Assembly (NCBI GenBank): GCA_030390025.1
Contig: CM059432.1
Location: forward strand, 53,756,001-53,820,000
Source of the DNA: Squalus acanthias
Taxonomy: Eukaryota
Direction: 5' to 3'
Length of the DNA: 64,000 bases
The position numbers were made by a program, and so were the translations under genes. The notes below the pieces were generated by a model. It saw only the letters and a program-made list of their open reading frames with translations. It was not told the DNA's origin and did no database searches. This document shows positions 1 through 10,344 of this stretch, piece after piece (the stretch's first letter is position 1; every line of letters begins with the position of its first letter).

Positions 1-1738
1 TATTAGCAGATCACATATCTTAAAATTTAATACATTGATCCTGTTCATCTTCAGGGATTGTACTGCAACAGCATCTAATTTGATTTAAAAAAAAATCTTT
101 ATGGTGAGCACACAAGTATGTTTTCTACATCAGCAATGATATTCCATAACTAACATAACAAGCAAGTTCACAATGCTAAATATCATTTATTTATTTATAG
201 AGACTATTCATTTCTGACTTCTTTGCAAGCTAAAACTGATTTTTTAATGTTTGAAAAAAATACCAACAACATGTTCAAAAGATTAAGCCACCCTCACAGG
301 GATGATTACCAGACCCAGAATGGTTTTGAACTGAGCCAATTTTGGATCTTTTGCAGAATGTGAATTTGGCTCAATCTGCACTTATTTCCATCTGGGTGTG
401 TCCAGTCCCGGGGAAAGAGAATGGGGCTGAAAATTTGCCCGGCTTTGGTGAGATAGGACTTTAACACTGGTGCAGCATGATTGAGGGTTGAATTATTGGG
501 TGAAAGCCATTTCTGCCAATGTTACACCCATTTTTCCTTTTGCTAAAAAATTCTGACTTGGGTGGGAGGTGAAAATTCCTCCGCACAAGTTCTGCCCTGA
601 TTATACAGAATTGAAATTGTCGTCATTTATTAGGAAGTAAATGTGGCAGAACCAAGTTGTGAGCAGACCTGTTGAGTGGAAGTGATCCATGTAAAGGTGT
701 TAACCGCCTGGAAAACATGTGCCCATTTCAGGATTTTTCTTTTGATCTGGACAGCTGTTGACGTGCACTTCAAACTGCCGAAATAAGAGACTCTTTGGTC
801 ACGAGCACATTTTCAACCCCGACCCACAGTAAATGATACTATTGAGCAGCATTGGTTTCTCAGTGAGATTCCCTTTTTTGCTATTTTAATGGCAGAGGAG
901 AAGGAGGAGTAGGACAGAAGAGAGCTAAGGAGACCGAGGCAGCATCAAAGGAGCATGGGGCCAACTGCCAGACACAAACACTATAGGGCCTTCAGATCTA
1001 GGAGGGACTGAGTAAGGAGCTCTGCTGTTAAAACTTCACTTCACTAAGAAAGCTCTGGATGAGCAATGCCACCTTCTGCATGAAGGTCTGCAGTCTCGAT
1101 CAAGTAAGAGAACAGCTCCGTCCATGGCTATTTAAGTCAGCACTGCTCTGAACTTTTATGCAACTGGCACCTTACAAGTTGCAAATGGCAATTTTTGCAA
1201 CATCAGCCAGGGAGCCATTTGAGCCTCCATAATCCTGGTCAGGAAAGGTGGATAATTTTGGCATGACTCCCAGGCAGCAGCAAGACAAGGCCATTTAGTT
1301 CTATCATGCTGTTGGACTCCCCAGACTTCAGGGACCAATAGATGCCACCCACATTGCCGGTGTCAGGAGCGGCAGAGAGCGGCGGTACAGTGAGTGTTTA
1401 AACTCACTTTCGCGGGCTTTTTTTCAGAGGCTTACCAATCTCGCAGACCAGCAGTGGCGTTCCAGAGCCACGTCACGATTCAAAAAGTGACGCGGGCAAG
1501 AGGAAGCAGCTGATTGGGTGAGTACGGCCAGGTGAGTATTAATACTACTCTATAGTTTGACAGTTAAGGTTAATAGTTTATAAAGTTTAGAAGGTCTTAA
1601 TTTTGTGGTTATAGTTTCTAAGGTCTCTGTTGTGTAGCGGGGAGTGTTAGTAAACAAGGGCCCTTGAGTATATCATTTAATTGTAATGTAATTTGTGGTA
1701 TTGATATGATTTAATTTAAATTAATTAAAGGGTAAGTC

Positions 1739-2653
1739 ATGACAGCACAACTCAGCCCCGTGGCATGCTCCTCCTGCACTATGTGGGAAATCAGGGACAC
1801 TTCCTGTATCCCTGATGACCATGTGTGCGGGGAGTGTATCCAGCTGCAGCTACTGGCAGACCGCATTGCGGCACTGGAGCTGCGAATAGATGCATACTGG
1901 AGCATTCGCGATGCTGAGGACGTCGTGGATAGCACGTTTAACGAGTTGGTCACACTGCAGGTAAAGGCTGCACAGGCAGGAAGGGAATGGGTGACCGCCA
2001 GGCAGAGTAGTAGGCACAGGCAGGTAGTGCAGGGGTCCCCTGTGACCATCCCCCTCTCAAACAGATATACCGCTTTGGATATTGTTGAGGGAGATGGCTT
2101 ATCAGGGGAAGGCAGCAGCAACCAACTTCCTGGCACCATGGGTGGTTCTGCTGCACAGGACAGGAGGAAAAAGAGCAGGAGAGCTATAGTGATAGGGGAT
2201 TCTATTGTAAGGGGAATAGATAGGTGTTTCTGCAGCGCAAACGAGACTCCAGGATGGCATGTTGCCTCCCTGGTGCAAGGGTCAAGGATGTCTCGGAGCA
2301 GGCTGCAAGGCATTCTGGAGGGGGAGGGTGAACAGCCAGTTGTCGTGGTGCATATAGGTACCAACGGTATAGGTAAAAAACGGGATGAGGTCCTAAAAGC
2401 TGAATATAGGGAGTTAGGAGGTAAATTAAAAAATAGGACCTCAAAGGTAGTAATCTCAGGATTGCTAGCGGTGCCACGTGCTAGTCAGAGTAGAAATAGA
2501 AGGATATTTCAGATGAATACGTGGCTAGAGGAATGGTGCAAGGGGGAGGGATTCAAATTCCTGGGACATTGGAACCAGTTCTGGGGGATGTGGGACCAGT
2601 ACAAACTGGACGGTTTGCACCTGGGCACGACCGGCACCAATGTCCGAGGGTGA
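1739..2653 (+). CDS. CR1 ORF1-like protein (Cys zinc-finger/leucine zipper plus SGNH esterase-like domain)
   Basis: CSSC..C..C motif, coiled LADRIAALELRI, IGDSIVRG, HIGTN, DGLHL. Homologous to ORF1 at 58424-59371. Confidence 0.85.
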   Translation: MTAQLSPVACSSCTMWEIRDTSCIPDDHVCGECIQLQLLADRIAALELRIDAYWSIRDAEDVVDSTFNELVTLQVKAAQAGREWVTARQSSRHRQVVQGSPVTIPLSNRYTALDIVEGDGLSGEGSSNQLPGTMGGSAAQDRRKKSRRAIVIGDSIVRGIDRCFCSANETPGWHVASLVQGSRMSRSRLQGILEGEGEQPVVVVHIGTNGIGKKRDEVLKAEYRELGGKLKNRTSKVVISGLLAVPRASQSRNRRIFQMNTWLEEWCKGEGFKFLGHWNQFWGMWDQYKLDGLHLGTTGTNVRG

Positions 2654-2874
2654 GTGTTTGCTAGTGCTGTTGGGGAGGGTTTAAACTAAAATGGCAGGGG
2701 GTTGGAAACCTATGCAGGGAGACAGAGGAAAGGGAAGCAAGGATAGAAACCAAAGACAGGAAGGAGAAAAGCAAAAGTGGAAGTCAGAGAAATCAAGGGT
2801 GTAAATCAAACATGGCCAAGGTAAACAATAATTCTAAAAGGACGAAGAGTGTTAAAAAACAAGCCTGAAGGCTT

Positions 2875-3376
2875 TGGCAGCGCCCTGTGGCGCTGCGCCG
2901 CCGGCGATGACGTCTTCGCCGTGCGCAGCACCCCGCTCGTGCCCCGGCCGTGATCTTCAGTCGCGCCCCCTGATTTACCGCCAGACGCTATGTCCGACGG
3001 GTTCAGGTAGGCGTACGTGCGGCCGGGGCGGCGATATTTAAAGGGGAGGTGGTAGGCAGCCATTTTTGTTGCTGGCCGCCTGCCAGCACCTGCCCCCGTT
3101 GCTGTCCCCGGCCCCCGTGAAGCCCCCCCACCGTGAAGTGCCGGCTGCGCTCCAAGAGCCCGGCACTTCTCTTGAGTGCCGGGCTCTTTTGCCGGCACTC
3201 CCGATCCCTGGGGGCCCAGCTGGGCCCCGGTTCGCGCTGCGCAGGGTCCCTCCCCTTTAAGAAGGGGAGGAAGGCCTGCAATACCGCGGCGCGACGTGCC
3301 GCAGCGCATGGCACTGCGGCACGTAGCGCCAGGATATTCCCTCGCAGCGCCCCAAGAGGGATGCGGGGTGCTTCCA
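2875..3376. mobile_element. GC-rich ~500-bp insertion (MITE-like) in the start of CR1 ORF2
   Basis: Interrupts the expected SLKAL-CLNARS coding sequence. Imperfect 11-bp terminal IR tggcagcgccc / gggtgcttcca. Internal TATTTAAAGGGG motif shared with the Harbingers. No clear TSD. Confidence 0.6.
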
Positions 3377-3713
3377 GTCTTAATGCAAGGAGCATTCGTA
3401 ATAAGTTGGATGAATTAGCTGTGCAAATACATATAAACGGATATGATATAATTGGGATTACGGAGACATGGCTCCAGGGTGACCAAGGCTTGGAATTCAA
3501 TATCCAGGGGTATTCAATATTCAGGAAGGACAGGCAAAAAGGAAAAGGAGGTGGTGTAGCATTGCTGGTTAAAGAGGAGATTAACACAATAGTAAGGAAG
3601 GATATTAGCTCTGATAATGTGGAATCTGTATGGGTAGAGCTGAGAAATACCAAGGGGCAGAAAACGTTAGTGGGAGTTGTATACAGACCCCCAAACAGTA
3701 ATGCTGAGGTTGG

Positions 3714-6700
3714 AGCAAAAAATAAAAATGACAACAGAGAGGGTCATAGACATAGGTAGCAGTAGGGGAATCACAAATCAGAGCGTGGCAGGAAGGGACA
3801 GAGTGTGTGGAGTAAAAGGTAAACTGGTAAAAAGTGAAAAAGCAGGAACTAAGTGCCACAAAGCATATTTGAAAGTTCTCTATCTGAATGCACGTAGCAT
3901 TCGTAACAAAATAGACGAGTTAATGGCACAAATAACTACATATGGTTATGATATTGTGGCCATTACAGAAACATGGCTGCAGGGTGACAATGCCTGGGAA
4001 TTAAACATACCAGGTTATTTAACGATCAGGAAGGACAGGCAGGAAGGAAGGGGAGGTGGGGTGGCTATGTTAATAAAGGAAGGAATCACTGTAATACAGA
4101 GTAATGATATTGGGTCAAAAAATCATGATAATGAAACAGTTTGGGTGGAGATAAGGAATAATAAGGGGAAAAAAACATTAGTGGGCGTAGTCTATAGGCC
4201 TCCGAACAGTTGCAACTCTATTGGACGGAGTATCAATCAGGAAATAGTTGAGGCATGTAATAAGGGAACATCTATAATTATGGGGGATTTTAACTATCAT
4301 ATTAATTGGACAAATCAAATGGGGCAGGGCTGCCTTGAGGATGAGTTCATTGAGTGTATTAGGGATGGGTTTCTTGAGCAGTATGTAACTGAACCGACCA
4401 GGGGGCAAGCAACCTTAGATCTGGTCCTGTGTAACGAGACAGGATTAATTAAAAATGTCCTAGTAAAGGATCCCCTTGGAATGAGTGACCATAACATGGT
4501 TGAATTCCATATTCAATTAGAGGGTGAGAAGGTTGGATCTCAAACAAGCGTGCTAAGCTTGAATAAAGGAGACTATGAAGGTATGCGAGCGGAATTGAGT
4601 AGAGTGGATTGGGAAAATAGATTAAAGGGTAAGACGACACATGATCAGTGGTGTACATTCAAGGAGTTATTTTACAACTTCCAAAAAAAATATATTCCAC
4701 TGAAAAGAAAAGGGTGTAAAAGAAAGGACAGTCATCCGTGGCTAAGTAAAGAAATTAAGGATAGTATTCGACTAAAAACAAGGGCATATAAGGTAGCGAA
4801 ATCTAGTGGGAGGACAGAGGATTGGGAAAACTTTAAAAGGCAGCAAAAAATAACAAAAAGATTGATTAAGAAAGGGAAGATAGATTATGAAAGTAAATTA
4901 GCAAAAAATATAAAAACAGATAGTAAGAGTTTTTATAGTTATATAAAAAGAAAAAGGGTGGCTAAAGTAAATGTTGGTCCCTTAGAGGATGAGACCGGGA
5001 AATTAATGGTGGGAAATATGGAGATGGCAAAAACACTGAATGAATATTTTGTATCAGTCTTTACAGTAGAGGACACTAAGAATATCCCAACACTGGACAA
5101 ACAGGGGGCTATAGGGGGAGAGGAGCTAAACACGATCAAAATCACTAAGGAAGTGGTACTCGGTAAAATAATGGGACTCAAGGCGGATAAATCACCTGGA
5201 CCTGATGGCTTACATCCTAGAGTCTTGAAGGAAGTGGCGGTAGGGATTGTAGATGCATTGGTAATAATTTTTCAAAACTCCCTGGATTCCGCTAAGGTCC
5301 CGGCAGACTGGAAAACTGCTAATGTAACACCCTTATTTAAAAAGGGCAGTAGACAGAAGGCTGGTAACTATAGACCGGTTAGCCTAACATCTGTGGTAGG
5401 TAAAATTTTGGAGTCCATTATTAAGGAAACAGTAACAGGACATTTGGATAATCATAATTTAATAGGACAAAGTCAGCATGGTTTTACGAAGGGGAAGTCA
5501 TGTTTGACAAATTTGCTGGAGTTCTTTGAGGAAGTAACATATAGAGTGGATAAAGGGGAACCAGTGGACGTAGTGTATTTAGACTTCCAAAAGGCATTTG
5601 ACAAGGTGCCACACAAAAGATTATTGCTTAAGGTAAAAAATCACGGGATTGGGGGTAATATTCTGGCATGGATAGAGGATTGGCTATCTAACAGAAAGCA
5701 AAGAGTTGGGATAAATGGTTCATTCTCAGACTGGCAATCAGTAACTAGTGGTGTTCCACAGGGGTCAGTGCTGGGTCCCCAACTCTTCACAATCTATATT
5801 AACGATTTGGAGGAAGGGACCAAGTGTAACATATCAAAATTTGCAGATGATACAAAGATGGGAGGGAAAGTAGTGAGTGAGGAGGACATAAAAAACCTGC
5901 AAGGGGACATAGACAGGCTAAGTAAGTGGGCAGAGATTTGGCAGATGGAATACAACACTGGAAAGTGTGAGGTGATGCACTTTGGCAGGAAAAATCCTAG
6001 AGCAATTTATTATCTTAATGGCAAGAAACTGGAGAGTACTGAAGTGCAAAGGGATCTGGGGGTCCTGGTGCACGAAACTCAAAAGGTTAGTATGCAGGTG
6101 CAGCAAGTGATTAAGAAGGCAAATGGAATGTTGGCTTTCATTGCTAGGGGGATAGAATATAAAAATAGGGAGGTATTGCTTCAGTTGTACAAGGTATTGG
6201 TGAGACCGCACCTGGAATACTGCATACAGTTTTGGTGTCCTTACTTAAGGAAAGACATCCTTGCTCTCGAGGCAGTGCAAAAAAGGTTCACTCGGTTAAT
6301 CCCGGGGATGAGGGGGTGGTCATATGAGGAGAGGTTGGGTAGATTGGGACTCTACTCATTGGAGTTCAGAAGAATGAGAGGCGATCTTATTGAAACATAT
6401 AAGATTGTGAAGGGGTTGGATCGGGTGGATGTGGGGAGGATGTTCCCGATGACGGGTGAGACGAGAACTAGGGGACATAGTCTTAGAATAAGGGGCTGCT
6501 CTTTCAAAACTGAGATGAGGAGGAACTACTTCACTCAGAGGGTGGTAGGTCCATGGAATATGCTGCCACAAAAAGCTGTAGAAGCTACAACATTAATTAA
6601 ATTTAAAACAGAAATAGACAGTTTCCTAGAAGTAAAGGGCATTAAGGGTTACGGGGAGCGGGCAGGAATTTGGACATGAGTCTAGGTTCGGATCGGTCAT

Positions 6701-6737
6701 GGCCCTGTGGGTAGTGGAGCGGGCCCAGGGACTGTGT
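3714..6737 (+). mobile_element. Inner CR1 segment (ORF2 only) inserted in the host CR1 endonuclease domain
   Basis: Host sequence PPNSNAEVG resumes as SGIKWKIRDAC at ~6738. The insert repeats EN-RT and ends part-way through a CR1 3'UTR. Confidence 0.88.
3728..6679 (+). CDS. Uninterrupted CR1 ORF2, APE endonuclease plus reverse transcriptase (~983 aa from ATG 3728)
   Basis: Single open frame with NARS, ETWL, GDFN, SDH, NYRPVSL, LDFQKAFD, GVPQGSVLGP and FADD motifs. Confidence 0.92.
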   Translation: MTTERVIDIGSSRGITNQSVAGRDRVCGVKGKLVKSEKAGTKCHKAYLKVLYLNARSIRNKIDELMAQITTYGYDIVAITETWLQGDNAWELNIPGYLTIRKDRQEGRGGGVAMLIKEGITVIQSNDIGSKNHDNETVWVEIRNNKGKKTLVGVVYRPPNSCNSIGRSINQEIVEACNKGTSIIMGDFNYHINWTNQMGQGCLEDEFIECIRDGFLEQYVTEPTRGQATLDLVLCNETGLIKNVLVKDPLGMSDHNMVEFHIQLEGEKVGSQTSVLSLNKGDYEGMRAELSRVDWENRLKGKTTHDQWCTFKELFYNFQKKYIPLKRKGCKRKDSHPWLSKEIKDSIRLKTRAYKVAKSSGRTEDWENFKRQQKITKRLIKKGKIDYESKLAKNIKTDSKSFYSYIKRKRVAKVNVGPLEDETGKLMVGNMEMAKTLNEYFVSVFTVEDTKNIPTLDKQGAIGGEELNTIKITKEVVLGKIMGLKADKSPGPDGLHPRVLKEVAVGIVDALVIIFQNSLDSAKVPADWKTANVTPLFKKGSRQKAGNYRPVSLTSVVGKILESIIKETVTGHLDNHNLIGQSQHGFTKGKSCLTNLLEFFEEVTYRVDKGEPVDVVYLDFQKAFDKVPHKRLLLKVKNHGIGGNILAWIEDWLSNRKQRVGINGSFSDWQSVTSGVPQGSVLGPQLFTIYINDLEEGTKCNISKFADDTKMGGKVVSEEDIKNLQGDIDRLSKWAEIWQMEYNTGKCEVMHFGRKNPRAIYYLNGKKLESTEVQRDLGVLVHETQKVSMQVQQVIKKANGMLAFIARGIEYKNREVLLQLYKVLVRPHLEYCIQFWCPYLRKDILALEAVQKRFTRLIPGMRGWSYEERLGRLGLYSLEFRRMRGDLIETYKIVKGLDRVDVGRMFPMTGETRTRGHSLRIRGCSFKTEMRRNYFTQRVVGPWNMLPQKAVEATTLIKFKTEIDSFLEVKGIKGYGERAGIWT

Positions 6738-9700
6738 AGTGGCATTAAATGGAAAATTAGAGATGCGTGCAATAAGGGCACAGCAGTTATCATGGGTGAC
6801 TTTAATCTACATATAGATTGGGCTAACCAAATTAGTAACAATACTGTGGAGGAGGAATTCCTAGAGTGTATACGGGATGGTTTCCTGGACCAATATGTCG
6901 AGGAACCAACTAGAGATCAGGCCATCTTAGACTGGGTATTATGTAATGAGAAAGGATTAATTAGCAATCTTGTTGTGCAAGGCCCCTTGGGGAGGAGCGA
7001 TCATAATGAGATAGAATTCTTCATTAAGATGGAGAGTGAAGTAGTTGACTCAGAGACTAGGGTCCTGAATTTAAATAAAGGCAACTATGATGGTATGAGG
7101 CGCAAGGTGGCTAGGATGGATTGGGGAACATTACTTAAAGGGTTGACGGTGGATAGGCAATGGCAAACATTTAATGATCACATGGATGAACCACAGAATT
7201 TGTTCATCCCTGTCTGGCATAAAAATAAAACAAAAAAGGTGACTCAACCGTGGCTAACAAGGGAAATTAGGGATAGCATAAGATCCAAGGAGAGGGCATA
7301 TAAACTGGCCAGAAAAAGCAGCAAACCTGAGGATTGTGAGCAGTTTAGGATTCAGCAAAGGGGGAGAAAGGGATTAATTAAGAGGGGGAAAATAGAGTAT
7401 GAGTGTAAGCTTGCTGGGAACATAAAAACTGACTGTAAAAGCTTCTATAGATATGTGAAGAGAAAAAGATTGGTGAAGTCAAATGTAGGTCACTTGCAGT
7501 CAGAATCAGGAGAATTTATAATGGGGAACAAAGAAATGGCAGACCAATTAAATACATACTTTGGTTCTGTCTTCACAAAGGAGGACACAAATAACCTCCC
7601 AGAGATGTCGGGGAACATAGGGTCTAATGAGAGGGAGGAACTGAAAGAAATCAGTATTTGTAGGGAAATGGTGTTAGGGAAATTGAGGAGGTTGAAGGCC
7701 GATAAATCCCCAGGGCCTGATAATCTACATCCTAGGGTACTTAAGGAAGTGGCCCTAGAAATAGTTGATGCATTGCTGGTCATCTTCCAAAATTCTATAG
7801 ACTCTGGAACAGTTCCCATGGATTGGAGGGTAGCTAATGTAATCCCACTATTTAAAAAAGGTGGTAGAGAGAAAACGGGGAATTATAGGCCGGTAAGCCT
7901 GACATCGGTAGTGGGGGAAAATGCTAGAGTCCATTATAAAAGATGTAATAGCAGAGCACTTGGAAAACAGTGACAGGATCGGCCAAAGTCAACATGGATT
8001 TACAAAAGGTAAATCATGCTTGACTAATCTACTGGAATTTTTTTGAGGATGTAACTGGTAGAATAGATAAGGGAGAACCAGTGGATGTGGTGTATTTGGA
8101 CATTCAGAAGGCTTTCGATAAAGTCCCACATAAGAGATTAGCGTGCAAAGTTAAAGCACATGGGATTGGGGGTAAGTTACTGACTTGGATAGAGAACTGG
8201 TTGGCAGACAGGAAGCAAAGTATTGGAATAAATGGGTCTTTTTCTGAGTGTCGGGCAGTGACTAGTGGGGTACCGCAGGGATCAGTGCTAGGACCCCAGC
8301 TATTCACAATATATATTAATGATCTAGATGAGGGAACTAGATGTAATATCTCCAAGTTTGCAGACGACACACAGCTGGGTGGGCGTGTGTGCTGTGAGGA
8401 GGATGCCGAGAAACTCCAGTATGATTTGGACAGGTTGTGTGATTGGGCAGATGCATGGCAGATGCAGTATAATGTGGATAAATGCGAGGTTATCCACTTT
8501 GGTGGCAAAAGCAGGAAGACAGATTATTATTTGAATGGCAATAGATTGGGAACAGGGGAAGTGCAACGAGACCTGGGTGTCCTTGTGCACCAGTCGCTGA
8601 AGGTAAGCATGCAGGTGCAGCAGGCAGTTAAGAAGGCAAATGGTATGTTGGCCTTCATAGCGAGAGGATTCGAGTACAGGAGCAAGGATGTCTTGCTGCA
8701 GTTATACAGGGCCTTGGTAAGACCACACCTTGAGTATTGTGTGCAGTTTTGGTCACCTTATCTGAGGAAGGATGTTCTTGCCATGGAGGAAGTGCAGCGA
8801 AGATTCACCAGACCGATACCTGGGATGGCAGGAATGACGTATGAGGCGGGATTGGGTTGTTTAGGCTTATATTTGCTAGAGTTTAGAAGAATGAGAGGGG
8901 ATCCCATTGAAACTTGTAAAATTCTAACAGGACTAGACAGACTAGATGCAGGAAGGATGTTCCCGATGGCGGGGGAGTCCAGAACCAGGGGTCACAGTCT
9001 AAGCCATTTATGACTGAGATGAGGAGGAATTTCTTCACCCAGAGAGTGGTGAACCTGTGGAATTCTCTCCCACAGAAGGCAGTTGAGGCCAATTCATTAA
9101 ATATATTCAAGAAGGAGTTAGATATGTTTCTTAAGGCTAAAGGGATATGGGGAGAAAGCAGGGACAGGGTACTGAATTTGGATGATCAGCCATGATCTCA
9201 TTAAATGGCGGAACAGGCTCGAGGGGCCGAATGGCCTACTGCTGCTCCTATCTTCTATGTTTCTATGTTTCAATGCACTACGGTCTTCCACCGTGAAGCC
9301 ACTGAATTTCCTGAATAGAAAAAGATGTTCAAATTGTCTGTAACTAGCTACAATGAATCCTGCAAGCCAAGGCCAGATTTTTATGGAGTTGTCACAATGT
9401 GCTAGTCATGAGGAACTCTAACCTCTCAGCTCTACTTAGGGAAGAAAACAAAGCATCAGGATGTCTTCTGGGAGACAAAGCGTACATCTTGGTTCCATGG
9501 TTTATCACCTAACTTCAACTGCCAAACTCACCAACTCCAATAAGGCCCATGTATCCCGCAGATTGGACATTGAGGGGCATATAGGGGTTCTGAAGGCAAG
9601 GTTTCACTGCCTGGATAGATCAGAGGGGCATTGCCATATGCTCCCGCCCGGGCCTCTAACATTTGATTGCGCGCTGTGCTCGTTACAACTCAACTATTTA

Positions 9701-10344
9701 CAACTCAACTCTTCAGAAAGAACTGGAAATGGAATGCCAAGAGGAAGCAAGCCCAGATGTAGATGAGCTGAAAAACCTAGAACTCAGAACTTGGAAGACT
9801 GCACCATGATGGTTGCCAGGAATATTCATGGGGAGATCATGCTTCTTGGATTAAAGTGATACAGTTAGCAACAGTCCATCTCAACATCTCCACAACCTTC
9901 CTGCAAACTCCACTCTTTCCACACAAACATCTGTCCTTCTGACCACCATTGACAAAAGAGAGACATCCCCTTGATCAGATCTTGTGAGACCTCGTGAGTT
10001 TGTCAAACAACAGAGCCAAATCAAAGTACAACATATTTATTTTACAAGTGCTCAAACCGAGTGCTTCTCAACTTGTTTGTCCTGGGTGCCTAGACATGCG
10101 TTACTAATACCTATTTTAGTGCTGTCTCTAGGTGCCAACTGAGTGTCACGAGAGGTGGTTGGCTGCTGCCCTGGTACAAGAAGCACTTGGAATTGAGGTG
10201 GCCCTCATCTCATGACCGGAGTCCTGGGAAGAACATTTTGTGCAACTGCCTGAGCAGCCTCGCCCTGCTTCTTCTGTGCGGATAAAGTAGGCCTCTGAGA
10301 ACCTTGACTGGAGACCTTTCATGTACAGCTAATCTGAGAAATAG

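Larger units (their letters stand above)
1358..9270 (+). mobile_element. Full-length CR1 LINE (host copy), interrupted by two insertions; ORF2 frameshifted
   Basis: 5'UTR, ORF1, APE endonuclease (LNARSIRNK, ITETWL, VYRPP), RT with FADD (8081-9013), and a 3' tail (TTCTATGT)n at ~9252-9270. Possible degenerate TSD cattgc/caatgc. Confidence 0.92.
423..10340 (+). mobile_element. Old, degenerate Harbinger DNA transposon split by the CR1 nest (transposase remnants ~940-1357 and ~9271-9860)
   Basis: TIR-like GGGGCTGAAAATT at 423. Translated remnants ALNFYATG and (I)DATHIA lie before 1358; LLGDKAY and IGVLKARFHCLDRSEG lie after 9271. These match the intact transposases later in the window. Outer limits are approximate. 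Confidence 0.7.

Noticed and set aside
2806..3759. Overlapping long ORFs across the GC-rich insert
   Set aside because: Explained by stop-poor GC-rich sequence fused to the CR1 endonuclease frame; no protein motif.
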